Counted from the first letter of the whole stretch, positions 39,370 through 49,017 are shown. The stretch is 63,700 nucleotides of DNA, filler included, from an uncultured Methanosarcinales archaeon (GCA_964397315.1; 4 parts of 4 records of this genome joined end to end with filler, not necessarily neighbours in it); one strand, 5' to 3'. Translations and numbers: made by a program. The notes: generated by a model from the letters alone, not told the origin.

Positions 39370-40668
39370 TCAAGAATCAACATATTCAATTATCCTGTTT
39401 TTTATTGTGTTGAAGGTCCATTCAAACTTTTCATCGTCTGTCTCCAGCAGCGTTATCCTGAATCCCTCATGGGGGCAGTCAAAGCTTGTAAGCGGCACAA
39501 CGCATATTCCTGTTGCCCCCAGCAGATTGTAGACAAACCTTGTGTCATTGGCAGTCCCTTCTGTTATCTTCTCAACATAATCCCTTGTCTTGCTGTTGTC
39601 TATGCAAAGCCTCTGGTCCTGATTAAGAACCCCCTCCCTGAACATCACAGTCATGTAGAACGCCCCTTCTGCCTTGTGTGCTATGATATCATCTATGCCT
39701 CCGAGGATATCAGCTGCCTTTTGAGCCCTCTGCCTGAAATTCTCGTTTCTTTGTGATATGTGCTCCCTGTACCTCGGATCCCCCATGACATCAGGGATGA
39801 CCATCTGGGGGTGTGTTGTTGAGCATACTTCCAGCCTTTTCTTCTCAAGTATCTGTTTAGTGTAATCCCTGAACGCGCTGTCGCCGGAAAGATTGTATGA
39901 CTCCACCCAGCCGCTCCTTGCTCCCGGCCAGGGCCATTCCTTTGAAATGCCTTTCATTGACATTCCAGGAACACCCCTTATTATATCGCTCAATGGAACA
40001 GCTGGCTCTCCATTGTACGTGAGGTTCATGTATATCTCGTCAAATATGAGGAACTGATCAAATTCCTCTGCAAGGTCAACAATCTCCTCAAGAACTTCTC
40101 TGGGATAAACCGCTCCTGTAGGGTTGTTGGGGTTTATCACCAGTATGCCTGATATGTCCTTTACATAAGTGAGATTGTTCCTGAGTTCTTTAAGGTCAGG
40201 GTGCCACTTGTTCTCCGGATCAAGAGGGTAAGTTATTGTGTCGCTTGCAGCATGCGCTGCTTCAGCAGATGAATGTGTTGAGTAGGCGGGTGAAGGCCCA
40301 ATGACTCTTACTGAAGGGGACAGCAGGCTGTAGACCTTGCTTATGGAGTCTCCAACGCCGTTGAAGAAAAGGACATCCTCAGGGTTTACATGAGCTCCCC
40401 CTCTCTGGTTTGTAAGCTCAGCAAGAAATTCTCTTGTCCTCTCCACGCCCCTGGTGGGGCAGTACCCATAAGCTTCATCATGATCAAGGGCTGATTTTAT
40501 TATGTGCTTCATCCACTCAGGAAGCTTTTCTCCCTTAGTCACTGGATCGCCTATATTCTCCCAAGTGATGGGAATCCCCATTGATGCAAACTTTTCTGCA
40601 ACATCAACTATCGCCCTTATCTCATAATGCTGTTTCTCAGCCCCTGCGTTCAGCAAATCCTTTCTCAT
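39370..40668 (-). CDS. class I/II PLP aminotransferase (AlaT-like)
   Basis: NIGDP, INPNNPTG, DEIY, SKEWPWPGARSGW. Confidence 0.9.
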   Translation of the reverse strand: MRKDLLNAGAEKQHYEIRAIVDVAEKFASMGIPITWENIGDPVTKGEKLPEWMKHIIKSALDHDEAYGYCPTRGVERTREFLAELTNQRGGAHVNPEDVLFFNGVGDSISKVYSLLSPSVRVIGPSPAYSTHSSAEAAHAASDTITYPLDPENKWHPDLKELRNNLTYVKDISGILVINPNNPTGAVYPREVLEEIVDLAEEFDQFLIFDEIYMNLTYNGEPAVPLSDIIRGVPGMSMKGISKEWPWPGARSGWVESYNLSGDSAFRDYTKQILEKKRLEVCSTTHPQMVIPDVMGDPRYREHISQRNENFRQRAQKAADILGGIDDIIAHKAEGAFYMTVMFREGVLNQDQRLCIDNSKTRDYVEKITEGTANDTRFVYNLLGATGICVVPLTSFDCPHEGFRITLLETDDEKFEWTFNTIKNRIIEYVDS

Positions 40669-40969
40669 GAGAGTGCGCTATTACAAATCATTTATTAAGT
40701 TTACTATTGCGCAATGAGAACCTAAAAGTGTGGGTTGGTGGTTGAAGGGTTCTATCCCATAAATCCCCTGATCCTTGCGGCATGGGTTATGAGCTCCCTC
40801 AGCTGTGTACTGTTCGCTCTCAGCTCTTCTGTTATACGGCCTGTCACGCTATTGTGCTCCTTCTCAGGCTCAAAGTCAAAAGGAACCTCAATTATCGTGA
40901 GGAGCATGAGAGGCAACATCAATTCCATCAAAACATTTATAAATGAACTGCTGGTTTTTTCACTCTTAA

Positions 40970-41105
40970 GCCTCTGTGGCTTAGCGGTAGAGCAGCCGAC
41001 TTGTAGCCGGCCTTAAGCACTGCTGAGGTTGTGACAGGTTATCGGCAGGTCGGGGGTTCAAAAAACCACGCCCAAGGGCTGGTTGTGAAAGTCCCCCCAG
41101 AGGCT
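40970..41105 (+). tRNA. tRNA-Thr(UGU) with two introns (37/38: 41006-41040; 59/60: 41063-41091)
   Basis: Acceptor GCCTCTG/CAGAGGC, anticodon arm GCCGA-CTTGTA..A-TCGGC, T arm GGGGG-TTCAAA|T-CCCCC with BHB pairing TTCA/TGAA. Confidence 0.9.
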
Positions 41106-41154
41106 TCCAATATTTTAACAGGAATCATTAACTGCAGGGAGCTGCACTGTAAAC

Positions 41155-41616
41155 ATGGAACCCAAGGAAGAGTACAGCAGGATAAGGAAGAAGCATTCCC
41201 TTCCCGAGCTTGAGGAGCTCCAGAGGACCTTCAGCTTCGGAAAGCTGGACAGCGACGAGCCAGTGCTTGCTGGAATAAGGAAGAGGATAGATGAGAAGAC
41301 GGATCTCATGCTCAAGATACTCAACAGGATACTCCAGCCTGAGACAACAATAGCAGAGATGAATGAGTGCAGGGAGTTCAGCGAGGCTGACAAAAAGAGA
41401 ATATTTGAGCTCTACAAGAGGATAATGATAATACACAACTACCTTCTCATGCTGGAGGTGGACAGGGATGAGAAGGCAGAGGCTGAGTTCATCAGCAGCG
41501 CTTTTAAGAAGTGGCCCTCAATAAAGCAAGAGATAAAGTCCATCATAAGCAAGATGAGAGACTCCTGGCAGAAAGAAGTGGAAGACCTGAAGGAGGATGT
41601 GGGATATGTTGGATAA
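41155..41616 (+). CDS. conserved hypothetical protein
   Basis: KHSLP..EL, ILQPE, W..IK, C-terminal YVG; overlaps adk. Confidence 0.75.
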   Translation: MEPKEEYSRIRKKHSLPELEELQRTFSFGKLDSDEPVLAGIRKRIDEKTDLMLKILNRILQPETTIAEMNECREFSEADKKRIFELYKRIMIIHNYLLMLEVDRDEKAEAEFISSAFKKWPSIKQEIKSIISKMRDSWQKEVEDLKEDVGYVG

Positions 41617-42256
41617 ATCAAAAGGAAGGAGGCTTGTGTTTATGGGCCCTCCGGGAACAGGCAAGGGCACCCAGGCAGAGCTCGCTGAAAAAGAGTATGG
41701 CATACCTCATGTCTCAACAGGGGACATGTTCAGGGAGATTCAGAAAGAGGATACAGAGCTCGGAAGAAAGGTAAGGGAGGTAATAGGAAAAGGCGGTTTC
41801 ATGCCTGATGAGGTTACTGTGGAGATAGTCAGGCAGAGGCTTGGGAAGGATGACTGCAAAAAAGGGTTTATACTTGACGGCTTTCCCAGGACAGTCTCCC
41901 AGGCAGAGGCTCTTGAGGGAATAACAGATATTGACAATGTAATCTTCATATCATCCTCAGATGATGTCATAATAAAAAGGCTCAGCTCAAGGAGGCAGTG
42001 CAGCAAGTGCGGGGCAATATACGGCATTGAGAATCCTCCCAAAAAGGTTGGTGTCTGCGACAAGTGCGGCGGAGAGCTCTACCAGAGGGATGATGACATG
42101 GAGGAAACAATAAAAAAGAGGCTTGATGAATACAGGAGCAAGACAGCCCCTCTTATTGAGCATTACAGGAAAAAGGGAATTCTTCATGAGATAAACGGGG
42201 AGCAGCCCATAGATGACATCTTTAAGGACATAAAGCAGGCCATTGAAGAAGAATAA
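41606..42256 (+). CDS. adk: adenylate kinase (bacterial-type, Zn-lid)
   Basis: GPPGTGKGTQA, STGDMFR, LDGFPRT, CxxC..CxxC lid, QRDDD. Confidence 0.95.
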   Translation: MLDKSKGRRLVFMGPPGTGKGTQAELAEKEYGIPHVSTGDMFREIQKEDTELGRKVREVIGKGGFMPDEVTVEIVRQRLGKDDCKKGFILDGFPRTVSQAEALEGITDIDNVIFISSSDDVIIKRLSSRRQCSKCGAIYGIENPPKKVGVCDKCGGELYQRDDDMEETIKKRLDEYRSKTAPLIEHYRKKGILHEINGEQPIDDIFKDIKQAIEEE

Positions 42257-42299
42257 GCTGGTTTCTTAAAAACTGCACCATAAGCACCGGGGAGAAAGC

Positions 42300-43229
42300 T
42301 CACTCAAGCATCTGCCTTACTGCCTCTGTGGCATAGCATCCTTTTGGAAGGAAAAAGCTGATCCTGTAAGAGCCCTCTCCGATGTCCTCTATCCGCAGGC
42401 CTTCAGGCTCTGCAAAAAGCTGCCTCTCACAGCCCTCAAGGCTCATCTCAGGCATCTCCCTTATTATGAAATCCCTTTCTGTAACTCCCTCCTTCTCAAG
42501 AATATCCTTTACTATTGACTTAACTGCATCATCCTTGTATTCAGTTGCAAAGCCCACAAGAGGTATTGCAATGTTGGCACCCTCTCTGTTCTGCTTAACA
42601 TGCATTTCAGCTGTCCTGTTCCACAGCAGTGACTGGTAGGAGTGCAGGTACATCATGAGGGTTCTTCTGGGCATGCTTCTCAGCGCGCCTATGCAGTCAT
42701 TCTTGTGCTCTTTGAGGTGGCATTCAGCTCTCTTGTTGTCAGCCAGCGCTGCCGCTTTCCTGAAATCACCCTTTATGATTGCCTTTCCCACTTCTGCATT
42801 GTTCCTGCTGAACCTCTGCTCTCCGAAATAATTAACAAACCTGCTTATCCTCTCAGGCTTTTTTTCAGCATTCCTGACTATTATCTCAAAATCATTGCCC
42901 TCAAGGTCGCCAAGGCTTACAGGAGAGCCGCATTTTCCCAGGAACTCCACATCCATATTCGCGGCAGAGAGGCTCTCCAGCTTTTTCCTGAAATCCCCTT
43001 TGACAGACATCACCTGCTCGGCAACTGCAGCCCTGTCTTTTGCGCCTGCAAAGCCCACATCTCCTGAGGGAATTCCAAGGTGAGCTGCAATGGCCTCAGC
43101 AGCCTCCATTGTTGTGAGATTTCTCTTCCTGACGCGGATGTAAGAGTAACTCCCGCTTGCTTTTGGCTCTGCCAGGCTCCTCTCCCTCACTATAAAATCC
43201 TCGGGCCTTTGTTTTATCACGTAATCCAT
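42300..43229 (-). CDS. truD: tRNA pseudouridine(13) synthase
   Basis: PEDFIVRE, AGAKDRAA, NYFGEQRF, LPKGCYAT; start trimmed to MDYV. Confidence 0.92.
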   Translation of the reverse strand: MDYVIKQRPEDFIVRERSLAEPKASGSYSYIRVRKRNLTTMEAAEAIAAHLGIPSGDVGFAGAKDRAAVAEQVMSVKGDFRKKLESLSAANMDVEFLGKCGSPVSLGDLEGNDFEIIVRNAEKKPERISRFVNYFGEQRFSRNNAEVGKAIIKGDFRKAAALADNKRAECHLKEHKNDCIGALRSMPRRTLMMYLHSYQSLLWNRTAEMHVKQNREGANIAIPLVGFATEYKDDAVKSIVKDILEKEGVTERDFIIREMPEMSLEGCERQLFAEPEGLRIEDIGEGSYRISFFLPKGCYATEAVRQMLE

Positions 43230-43316
43230 CTTCCCACCTGCAATCTTACCCCTGATATCTGCGGAAAACAAAAAGAATTAAAAAATCTTTGTTATTCTTT
43301 TTAATATTAGGGCATA

Positions 43317-44492
43317 ATGGCAGTAAATAAGGAATTAAAAAAGGCTTATAGCATAGCAAAAAGGGACTTGAGAAGGTGCTATACAGGAAAGGGCATACTC
43401 GCGGGAAGGAGAAGGTTTGACGACTACTGGGCGAGAGACTCGTTCTTTGCTTCAATAGGGGCGCTGCGCATCGGAGACAAGGACAGGGCGAAAAAGAACT
43501 TCAGGCTGTTCCTGAAATACCAGAACAGGAAAGGCCAGCTTCCAAGGAGGATTGACCGCTACCATGTATGGCTTAAATACATTGGGATTCCGATAAAAAG
43601 GAAAAAGCTCAGGCCCAGGTACACGACATCTCTCATGTACTGCTTCTCTGTGGACCAGAACTCCCTGTTCATAATCGCGCTGTCAGATTACCTGATGGCA
43701 ACAGGTGATAAAGAATTTATCAAAGAGATATACAAAAAGGCAAAGAAAGCAATGGACTGGAACTTCTCCAATGACAGGACAAGGGATTACCTTCTTGAGG
43801 AGGGGTTCTTCGCAAACTGGGAGGACACAATATTCTGGAGAGGTCAGCTTCTCTACACTAATGTGCTTCACTGCTGGGCCCTGAAATGCTTTGCAGAGCT
43901 GAGCAAAGCAGCAGGCTTTGGAGAGGGTAGGGCTTACCTCAGCATGCACAGGAAGGTGAGGAAAAAGATAAACAGCTACTTCTGGAACGGAAAATATTAT
44001 GAGAAGAGCATGAAAAGAAAATCAAGATTCTTTCCCGTGGATGCGAACATGCTGGCAATAGCATCAGGAATAGCTGACAGGAACAAGGCAATGAAAATAC
44101 TCAAGTACATGCGCGGCAAAGGCATTGACAAGGAAACCCCCCTGAGGAGCAGCTATCCAGGATACCCTCTCTGGAGAAACTCGCCCCAGAGGCTCTTTAC
44201 CCTCACCACAGGATACCACAACACATATGGGTGGGTGTGGATAAGCTGCGCGTCAATACTGGCCATGCACAGGCTTGGCATGAAGAAAAAGGCAGCAGAA
44301 TGCCTTGAAAAGCTCAGCAGAAAGATAACAGAGTTTGACGGCGTCTATGAGGTATATGCAGGAGGCAGGCCTGTTGAGAGCTTGTTCCTGACTTCAGAAT
44401 GGCCCTTTGCCTGGAGCGCAGGAATGTTCATATACACATGCGAAAAGGTGATTGGAAAGGCAAAAACAAAAACCTATAAAAATAGGCTTTAA
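43317..44492 (+). CDS. six-hairpin glycoside hydrolase-like protein (amylo-alpha-1,6-glucosidase-like)
   Basis: YWARDS, WEDT, YHN..W, EVY, FAWSAG. Confidence 0.75.
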   Translation: MAVNKELKKAYSIAKRDLRRCYTGKGILAGRRRFDDYWARDSFFASIGALRIGDKDRAKKNFRLFLKYQNRKGQLPRRIDRYHVWLKYIGIPIKRKKLRPRYTTSLMYCFSVDQNSLFIIALSDYLMATGDKEFIKEIYKKAKKAMDWNFSNDRTRDYLLEEGFFANWEDTIFWRGQLLYTNVLHCWALKCFAELSKAAGFGEGRAYLSMHRKVRKKINSYFWNGKYYEKSMKRKSRFFPVDANMLAIASGIADRNKAMKILKYMRGKGIDKETPLRSSYPGYPLWRNSPQRLFTLTTGYHNTYGWVWISCASILAMHRLGMKKKAAECLEKLSRKITEFDGVYEVYAGGRPVESLFLTSEWPFAWSAGMFIYTCEKVIGKAKTKTYKNRL

Positions 44493-44507
44493 AACAGATA
44501 TTTTCAA

Positions 44508-44524
44508 GGGCCAGTAGCCTAGCC
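44508..44524 (+). repeat. duplicate of the first 17 nt of tRNA-Arg
   Basis: GGGCCAGTAGCCTAGCC at 44508 and 44603, both preceded by TTTCAA. Confidence 0.9.
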
Positions 44525-44602
44525 GTGGGAGCTGGTTACGCTCAGCTCGCACGCAATAGGCGGCTCCTAGTTGCTGACGCAACCGGAGCCTCACTTTCAA
44601 AA

Positions 44603-44755
44603 GGGCCAGTAGCCTAGCCTGGATAGGGCAACAGCCTCCTAATGAACAGAGTCTAGTCCTTCAGAACTCTGTTCTGAAGCAAGCTGTAGGTCGAGGGTTC
44701 GAACAGCCAATGCCTCTCTCATGAGAGCAGGGCTTCGGAAGTCCCTCCTGGCCCG
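44603..44755 (+). tRNA. tRNA-Arg(CCU) with two introns (37/38: 44642-44681; 59/60: 44704-44741)
   Basis: Acceptor GGGCCAG/CTGGCCC, anticodon arm ACAGC-CTCCTA..A-GCTGT, T arm GAGGG-TTCGAA|T-CCCTC. Confidence 0.9.
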
Positions 44756-44786
44756 TATTCAACCCCCAGCTTAATAGCATGCAAAA

Positions 44787-45890
44787 ATGTTCAGGCCCAT
44801 ACACCTTAAAGAAGCAATGAGGATATTCAGGAGGTCCCTTTCTGCAAGGCATAATGGAACAAGGAGGTACAGCGGCAGTGCAGAGGAGATCTGCAGGAAG
44901 ATAATATCTGACTGCTGGAATGAAAAGGAAGGCTATTTCCGGACAAGCACAGGCCACTTCTCTGAATTCTACACAAGGGATTTTGCCTTCTGCATTGAGG
45001 CGCTGCTGAAGCTTGGATTCAGAAAAAAGGTCAGGCTCACGCTTGAGTATGCCCTGAAAAGATTCTCACAGAGCGGCAGAATTGCAACGGCAATCTCTCC
45101 TGAAGGCAGGCCTTTTGACTTTCCTGCCTACGCGTCTGACTCCCTGCCCCTGCTGGTGCGCTCGCTTGTCAGGGCTGACGCTGGAGGCCTCATCAGGAAG
45201 CACGAGTCCCTCATTGTTAATGAAATAAACAGGTATTACCATGTTGTTTTTGATTCCCGCACGTCAATGGTGAGGAAGAACAAGCACTTTTCCTCAATAA
45301 AGGACTGGGCCAAAAGAAGCTCCTCATGTTATGACAACTGCATGCTCGCAATGCTCAGGAACGATCTTGAAAAGCTGGGTTTCTACAATCCATTCCATGA
45401 GCATGACATCAGGAAGAGGATAAAGGATGAGCTGTGGAGCGGAAAGTTCTTCTATGATGACATGAGAAAAAAAGATATTGTTTCAGGAGACGCCAATGTT
45501 TTCCCGTTCTGGACTGGAGTGTTCAGTAAGAGAAACATGAGGAAATCCTGCATAAGGCAGATGCAGAAGGCAAAGCTGGACAGGCCATTCCCCCTCAAGT
45601 ACACAAACACGAGAAAAGGCCAGAGGTTCCTTTTTTCAGAGATTCTTGTGAGGAATTATGAGGGCACTGCAGTGTGGCCCCACCTCGGCATGTGCTATGT
45701 TGACGTGGTCAGAAAGCACAGCAAAAAGGAAGCTGAAAGATACATTAAGAGATACAGGAAGCTCATTGAGAAGCACCGCAACTTTCTTGAGGTGTTTGAG
45801 GAGGACGGCAGGCCATTCAAGAGGCTGTTCTACTACACAGACGAGGGCATGCTCTGGGCTGCCAAGTATCTGGGGCTGGGCGGTCAGTGA
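44787..45890 (+). CDS. six-hairpin glycoside hydrolase-like protein
   Basis: FYTRD, GDANVFP, YEGTAVW, FLEVF, MLWAA; distant paralog of 43317-44492. Confidence 0.65.
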   Translation: MFRPIHLKEAMRIFRRSLSARHNGTRRYSGSAEEICRKIISDCWNEKEGYFRTSTGHFSEFYTRDFAFCIEALLKLGFRKKVRLTLEYALKRFSQSGRIATAISPEGRPFDFPAYASDSLPLLVRSLVRADAGGLIRKHESLIVNEINRYYHVVFDSRTSMVRKNKHFSSIKDWAKRSSSCYDNCMLAMLRNDLEKLGFYNPFHEHDIRKRIKDELWSGKFFYDDMRKKDIVSGDANVFPFWTGVFSKRNMRKSCIRQMQKAKLDRPFPLKYTNTRKGQRFLFSEILVRNYEGTAVWPHLGMCYVDVVRKHSKKEAERYIKRYRKLIEKHRNFLEVFEEDGRPFKRLFYYTDEGMLWAAKYLGLGGQ

Positions 45891-45909
45891 GTGACTACCC
45901 CGAGATTAA

Positions 45910-45923
45910 GAAAATTTTATATA
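45910..45923 (+). promoter_or_regulatory. archaeal BRE/TATA promoter of the sigma-70 fusion gene
   Basis: GAAAA-TTTTATATA about 23 bp before ATG 45946, leaderless spacing like other genes in the window. Confidence 0.6.
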
Positions 45924-45945
45924 ATATTCTCTGGAATCGGCTGTT

Positions 45946-48900
45946 ATGGCAAGGGGGTATGTGGAAGGGGGATGGTTTACACCTTCTGAAATAGCTGATA
46001 TTACCGGAAAGAAGCCTCAAGAGATAAAGTCTTCTCTGGAGGAGCTTGCAGACAGCGGACTTGAGATTTTATCAAGGCGTAATCCTTCTTCCAAGATGCA
46101 GCAACATTCAGAGCCGCAAGGCTTAGAATGGCAGTATTTCATAACAAAAAAGCATATCCCCTATCTTTCAGGCAACAGAGGATTCCCTGAAAAAAGATTA
46201 AACGTAAAAATACCTGCTAGGGAATATAATCAGCTCCTGGGTGATAATTCGGACAGGGAAAACTATAATACTGCTGCAGAGCCAGACATCAGTACTCCTG
46301 ATAAAATTAAAAGACTTGGAGAAAAGGCATTGGCTGACTATTGGGAATATCATGCTGGCAAGACTAGAGGTCAGATTCCTCCTAATCTACACAAAAGACT
46401 TAATAAATATGGGAAATTGCACGAGATTCCAAAATTTGATTATGAAAAACGCAGAAAACTTAAGGGGGAAGAAGCTCTTTCTGAGTACAGGGAAAATTAT
46501 AATGGTATGGCAAGAGGCCAGCTTCCTGCCGCCCTGTTGGAAAGATTAAGAATGTATGGGCAGTTAGACAAGATTCCAAGAAGAGATGATGAAGAAACAA
46601 TAAGGAAGATGGGTGAGGAAGCTCTTGCCGAGTGGAGAGAAAAATATAGTGATAAGACGAGAGGCCAGCTTCCGTCTCGTTTATATCATAGGCTTAAGAG
46701 GTCCGGGCAATTGGATAGGGTTCCGAGAAGAGATGATGAAAAAACAACAAAAGAGATAGGGGGGGAAGCTCTTGCTGAGTATTGGGAGAATCATGTTGGC
46801 AAGACTAGGGGCCAGCTTCCAAAATGTTTGTACAACCGGCTTAAAAGATCTGGACAATTGGATAAGGTTCCGAGAAGAGATGATGAAAAAACAACAAAAG
46901 AGATAGGGGGGGAAGCTCTTGCTGAGTATTGGGAAAATCATGCTGGCAAGACTAGGGGCCAGCTTCCATCTGATCTATATAGAAGGCTCAGAAGGTATGG
47001 TCTGTTGGGTGAGATCCCCACACTAGATCGTGAGGAGCGGAGGAGGATTATGGGTGAAGAGGCTCTTGCTGAGTATTGGGAGAATCATGTTGGCAAGACT
47101 AGAGGTCAGCTTCCAAAATGTTTGTACAACCGGCTTAAAAGAGCCGGACAGTTGGATAATCTACCTGGTGGTCATGGCAAAAAAAGGGAGGAAAAACAGC
47201 CAGAAACCACTGTTCATGAAACTTTCCAGGAAATACCTCCAAGTGGATATAAAAAACCACGTCGCAGAAAGTCATCATCAAAAAAGGTCAATCCAGAGGT
47301 GCAGGCTGAGATCTCCAAGGCAAAACAAGGGGCTGGAGCTGAGATGTATGCGAATCTTGACAGGGCTGCATTGGACCTGAGGTACAGGCACAATATCTTT
47401 ATATCAGAGAAGGAGCTGGAGGAGATTGTGGAGAAATACAGCCTCTACACAGAGGGAAGCGAGAGTGAAGTGCTGTTCAGCACAACAATTGACGCGGCTG
47501 TCAGTGGAGGTTTGTTCAACCAGTACAAGCCGAAAATCCAGAACAGCGAGGGGCATCCAGAAGAGAGTGATGAAAAAAATCATTATTCTGAAAAAAAGAA
47601 GCCGGAACAAAGCAGGAAAGAAAAGAAAGCCGGACAAAAGAAGCTTGCAGCAGAAGATGATGAAGACAGTGAAGAAGGCCTGGAATTAATTATTGAAGAA
47701 GGGGGGATTCTCTTTGATGACCCCTACAACCTGGATGAAGCGAAGTTGAAAGGCAGGGATGATGAAACCGATTCCCGCTTCAAAGACAATGTTCTATTTA
47801 AATATCTCAGGGAGATGGAATCTTACAGCCTTCTGACATCTGAGGAGGAGATAGAGCTCGGAAGGGGCATGCGCGAGGTTACATCAGACATAGCAGGAAT
47901 CATGTTCAGCCAGGAAAAATTCTTCTCAAATTATATAAATATGGTCTCTGACGAGAATCATGGCCTTGAGCATTTAAGCGCTGTAATGCCTGACAAGGAC
48001 TATGAGAAGACAAAGGGTTATCTCATGTCAGCAGCAAGAAAGGTTATTGAAGAAAACAAGCTTGATGATGTTGAAAAAAAGGACGTCCCTCCAGGGCTGT
48101 TATCTGAGACAGACCATGAGGGAAACAGTCTCTACAGGATTTACAAGGACATACTCACCGCGAGAAAAGGATTAAAGAAGTTCAAGTCAAAAAAAGCAAG
48201 AAAAGATGTGCTTGACGAGCTTGGTTTTGAGTCAGTGGAGCATATTGATGATTTCCTGGGCAGTCTTGAGCCGCTCTTTGAGCAGTACAGGAGTATGTTT
48301 GACAGGTTCTTCACCAGCAACCTGAGGCTTGTTGCAAAGATTGCCAATAAATACCGCAATAAAGATATACCTGTGACTGACCTCATCCAGGAGGGCAACA
48401 TTGGTCTTGCCAGGGCAGTTGGGAAGTTTGACTACAGGATGGGTTACAAGTTCTCCAGCTATGCGACATGGTGGATACACCAGAGCATAATAAGGTCTCT
48501 GGCTGAGAATTCAAGAACAATAAGATTGCCGGTCTACCTCTCAGAAAAGATAAAAAGGATTGTCAAGGCAGAATCAGAAATTTTCAAAGAGAGTGGAAAA
48601 AAGCCGACAGCAGAGGAGATAGCAGAACATGTTAACATGGAACCTGCAGAGGCTGCTGCGTACATGAATATAAACAGGCAAACACATCCGCTTTCGCTCC
48701 ACATGCCTGTTGGAAAATATGAAGACACCCCTCTGGAGAATCTCTTGGGTGATGAAACAACAGACCCTCCTGATGAGGATGTTGATAAAGGATTATTAAA
48801 AGAGATCATAGAAGAGAATCTTGAGAAGCTCTCTCCAAGACAGGAGAAGATATTGAAGATGAGATTCGGGATTGATGAGAGCCATGACCACACTCTGGAG

Positions 48901-49017
48901 GAGATAGGAGAGCAGTTCAAGCTGAGCAGGGAGAGAATAAGGCAGATAATAGACAAGGCATTAAAGAAACTCAGGCACCCGTCAGTATCAAGTATGCTAA
49001 GGCCTTACAATGAGTGA
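45946..49017 (+). CDS. RpoD-like sigma-70 factor fused to N-terminal HTH and six 49-aa repeats
   Basis: Region 1.2 YLREM..LLTSEEEIEL; region 2 NLRLVAKIA..DLIQEGNIGL..KFDYRMGYKFSSYATWWI; RTIRLPV; region 4 LSPRQEKILKMRFG..TLEEIGEQFKLSRERIRQI. Confidence 0.93.
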   Translation: MARGYVEGGWFTPSEIADITGKKPQEIKSSLEELADSGLEILSRRNPSSKMQQHSEPQGLEWQYFITKKHIPYLSGNRGFPEKRLNVKIPAREYNQLLGDNSDRENYNTAAEPDISTPDKIKRLGEKALADYWEYHAGKTRGQIPPNLHKRLNKYGKLHEIPKFDYEKRRKLKGEEALSEYRENYNGMARGQLPAALLERLRMYGQLDKIPRRDDEETIRKMGEEALAEWREKYSDKTRGQLPSRLYHRLKRSGQLDRVPRRDDEKTTKEIGGEALAEYWENHVGKTRGQLPKCLYNRLKRSGQLDKVPRRDDEKTTKEIGGEALAEYWENHAGKTRGQLPSDLYRRLRRYGLLGEIPTLDREERRRIMGEEALAEYWENHVGKTRGQLPKCLYNRLKRAGQLDNLPGGHGKKREEKQPETTVHETFQEIPPSGYKKPRRRKSSSKKVNPEVQAEISKAKQGAGAEMYANLDRAALDLRYRHNIFISEKELEEIVEKYSLYTEGSESEVLFSTTIDAAVSGGLFNQYKPKIQNSEGHPEESDEKNHYSEKKKPEQSRKEKKAGQKKLAAEDDEDSEEGLELIIEEGGILFDDPYNLDEAKLKGRDDETDSRFKDNVLFKYLREMESYSLLTSEEEIELGRGMREVTSDIAGIMFSQEKFFSNYINMVSDENHGLEHLSAVMPDKDYEKTKGYLMSAARKVIEENKLDDVEKKDVPPGLLSETDHEGNSLYRIYKDILTARKGLKKFKSKKARKDVLDELGFESVEHIDDFLGSLEPLFEQYRSMFDRFFTSNLRLVAKIANKYRNKDIPVTDLIQEGNIGLARAVGKFDYRMGYKFSSYATWWIHQSIIRSLAENSRTIRLPVYLSEKIKRIVKAESEIFKESGKKPTAEEIAEHVNMEPAEAAAYMNINRQTHPLSLHMPVGKYEDTPLENLLGDETTDPPDEDVDKGLLKEIIEENLEKLSPRQEKILKMRFGIDESHDHTLEEIGEQFKLSRERIRQIIDKALKKLRHPSVSSMLRPYNE
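46315..47169 (+). repeat. six tandem 147-bp (49-aa) coding repeats
   Basis: Consensus GEEALAEYWENHxGKTRGQLPxxLYxRLxRxGxLDxIP; unit starts 46315 through 47050 at 147-bp steps. Confidence 0.92.

Noticed and set aside
45946..49017. Bacterial contamination as the explanation for the sigma factor
   Set aside because: Same contig as gatE and BHB-intron tRNAs, with an archaeal-type promoter; only read-level chimerism could rescue this explanation
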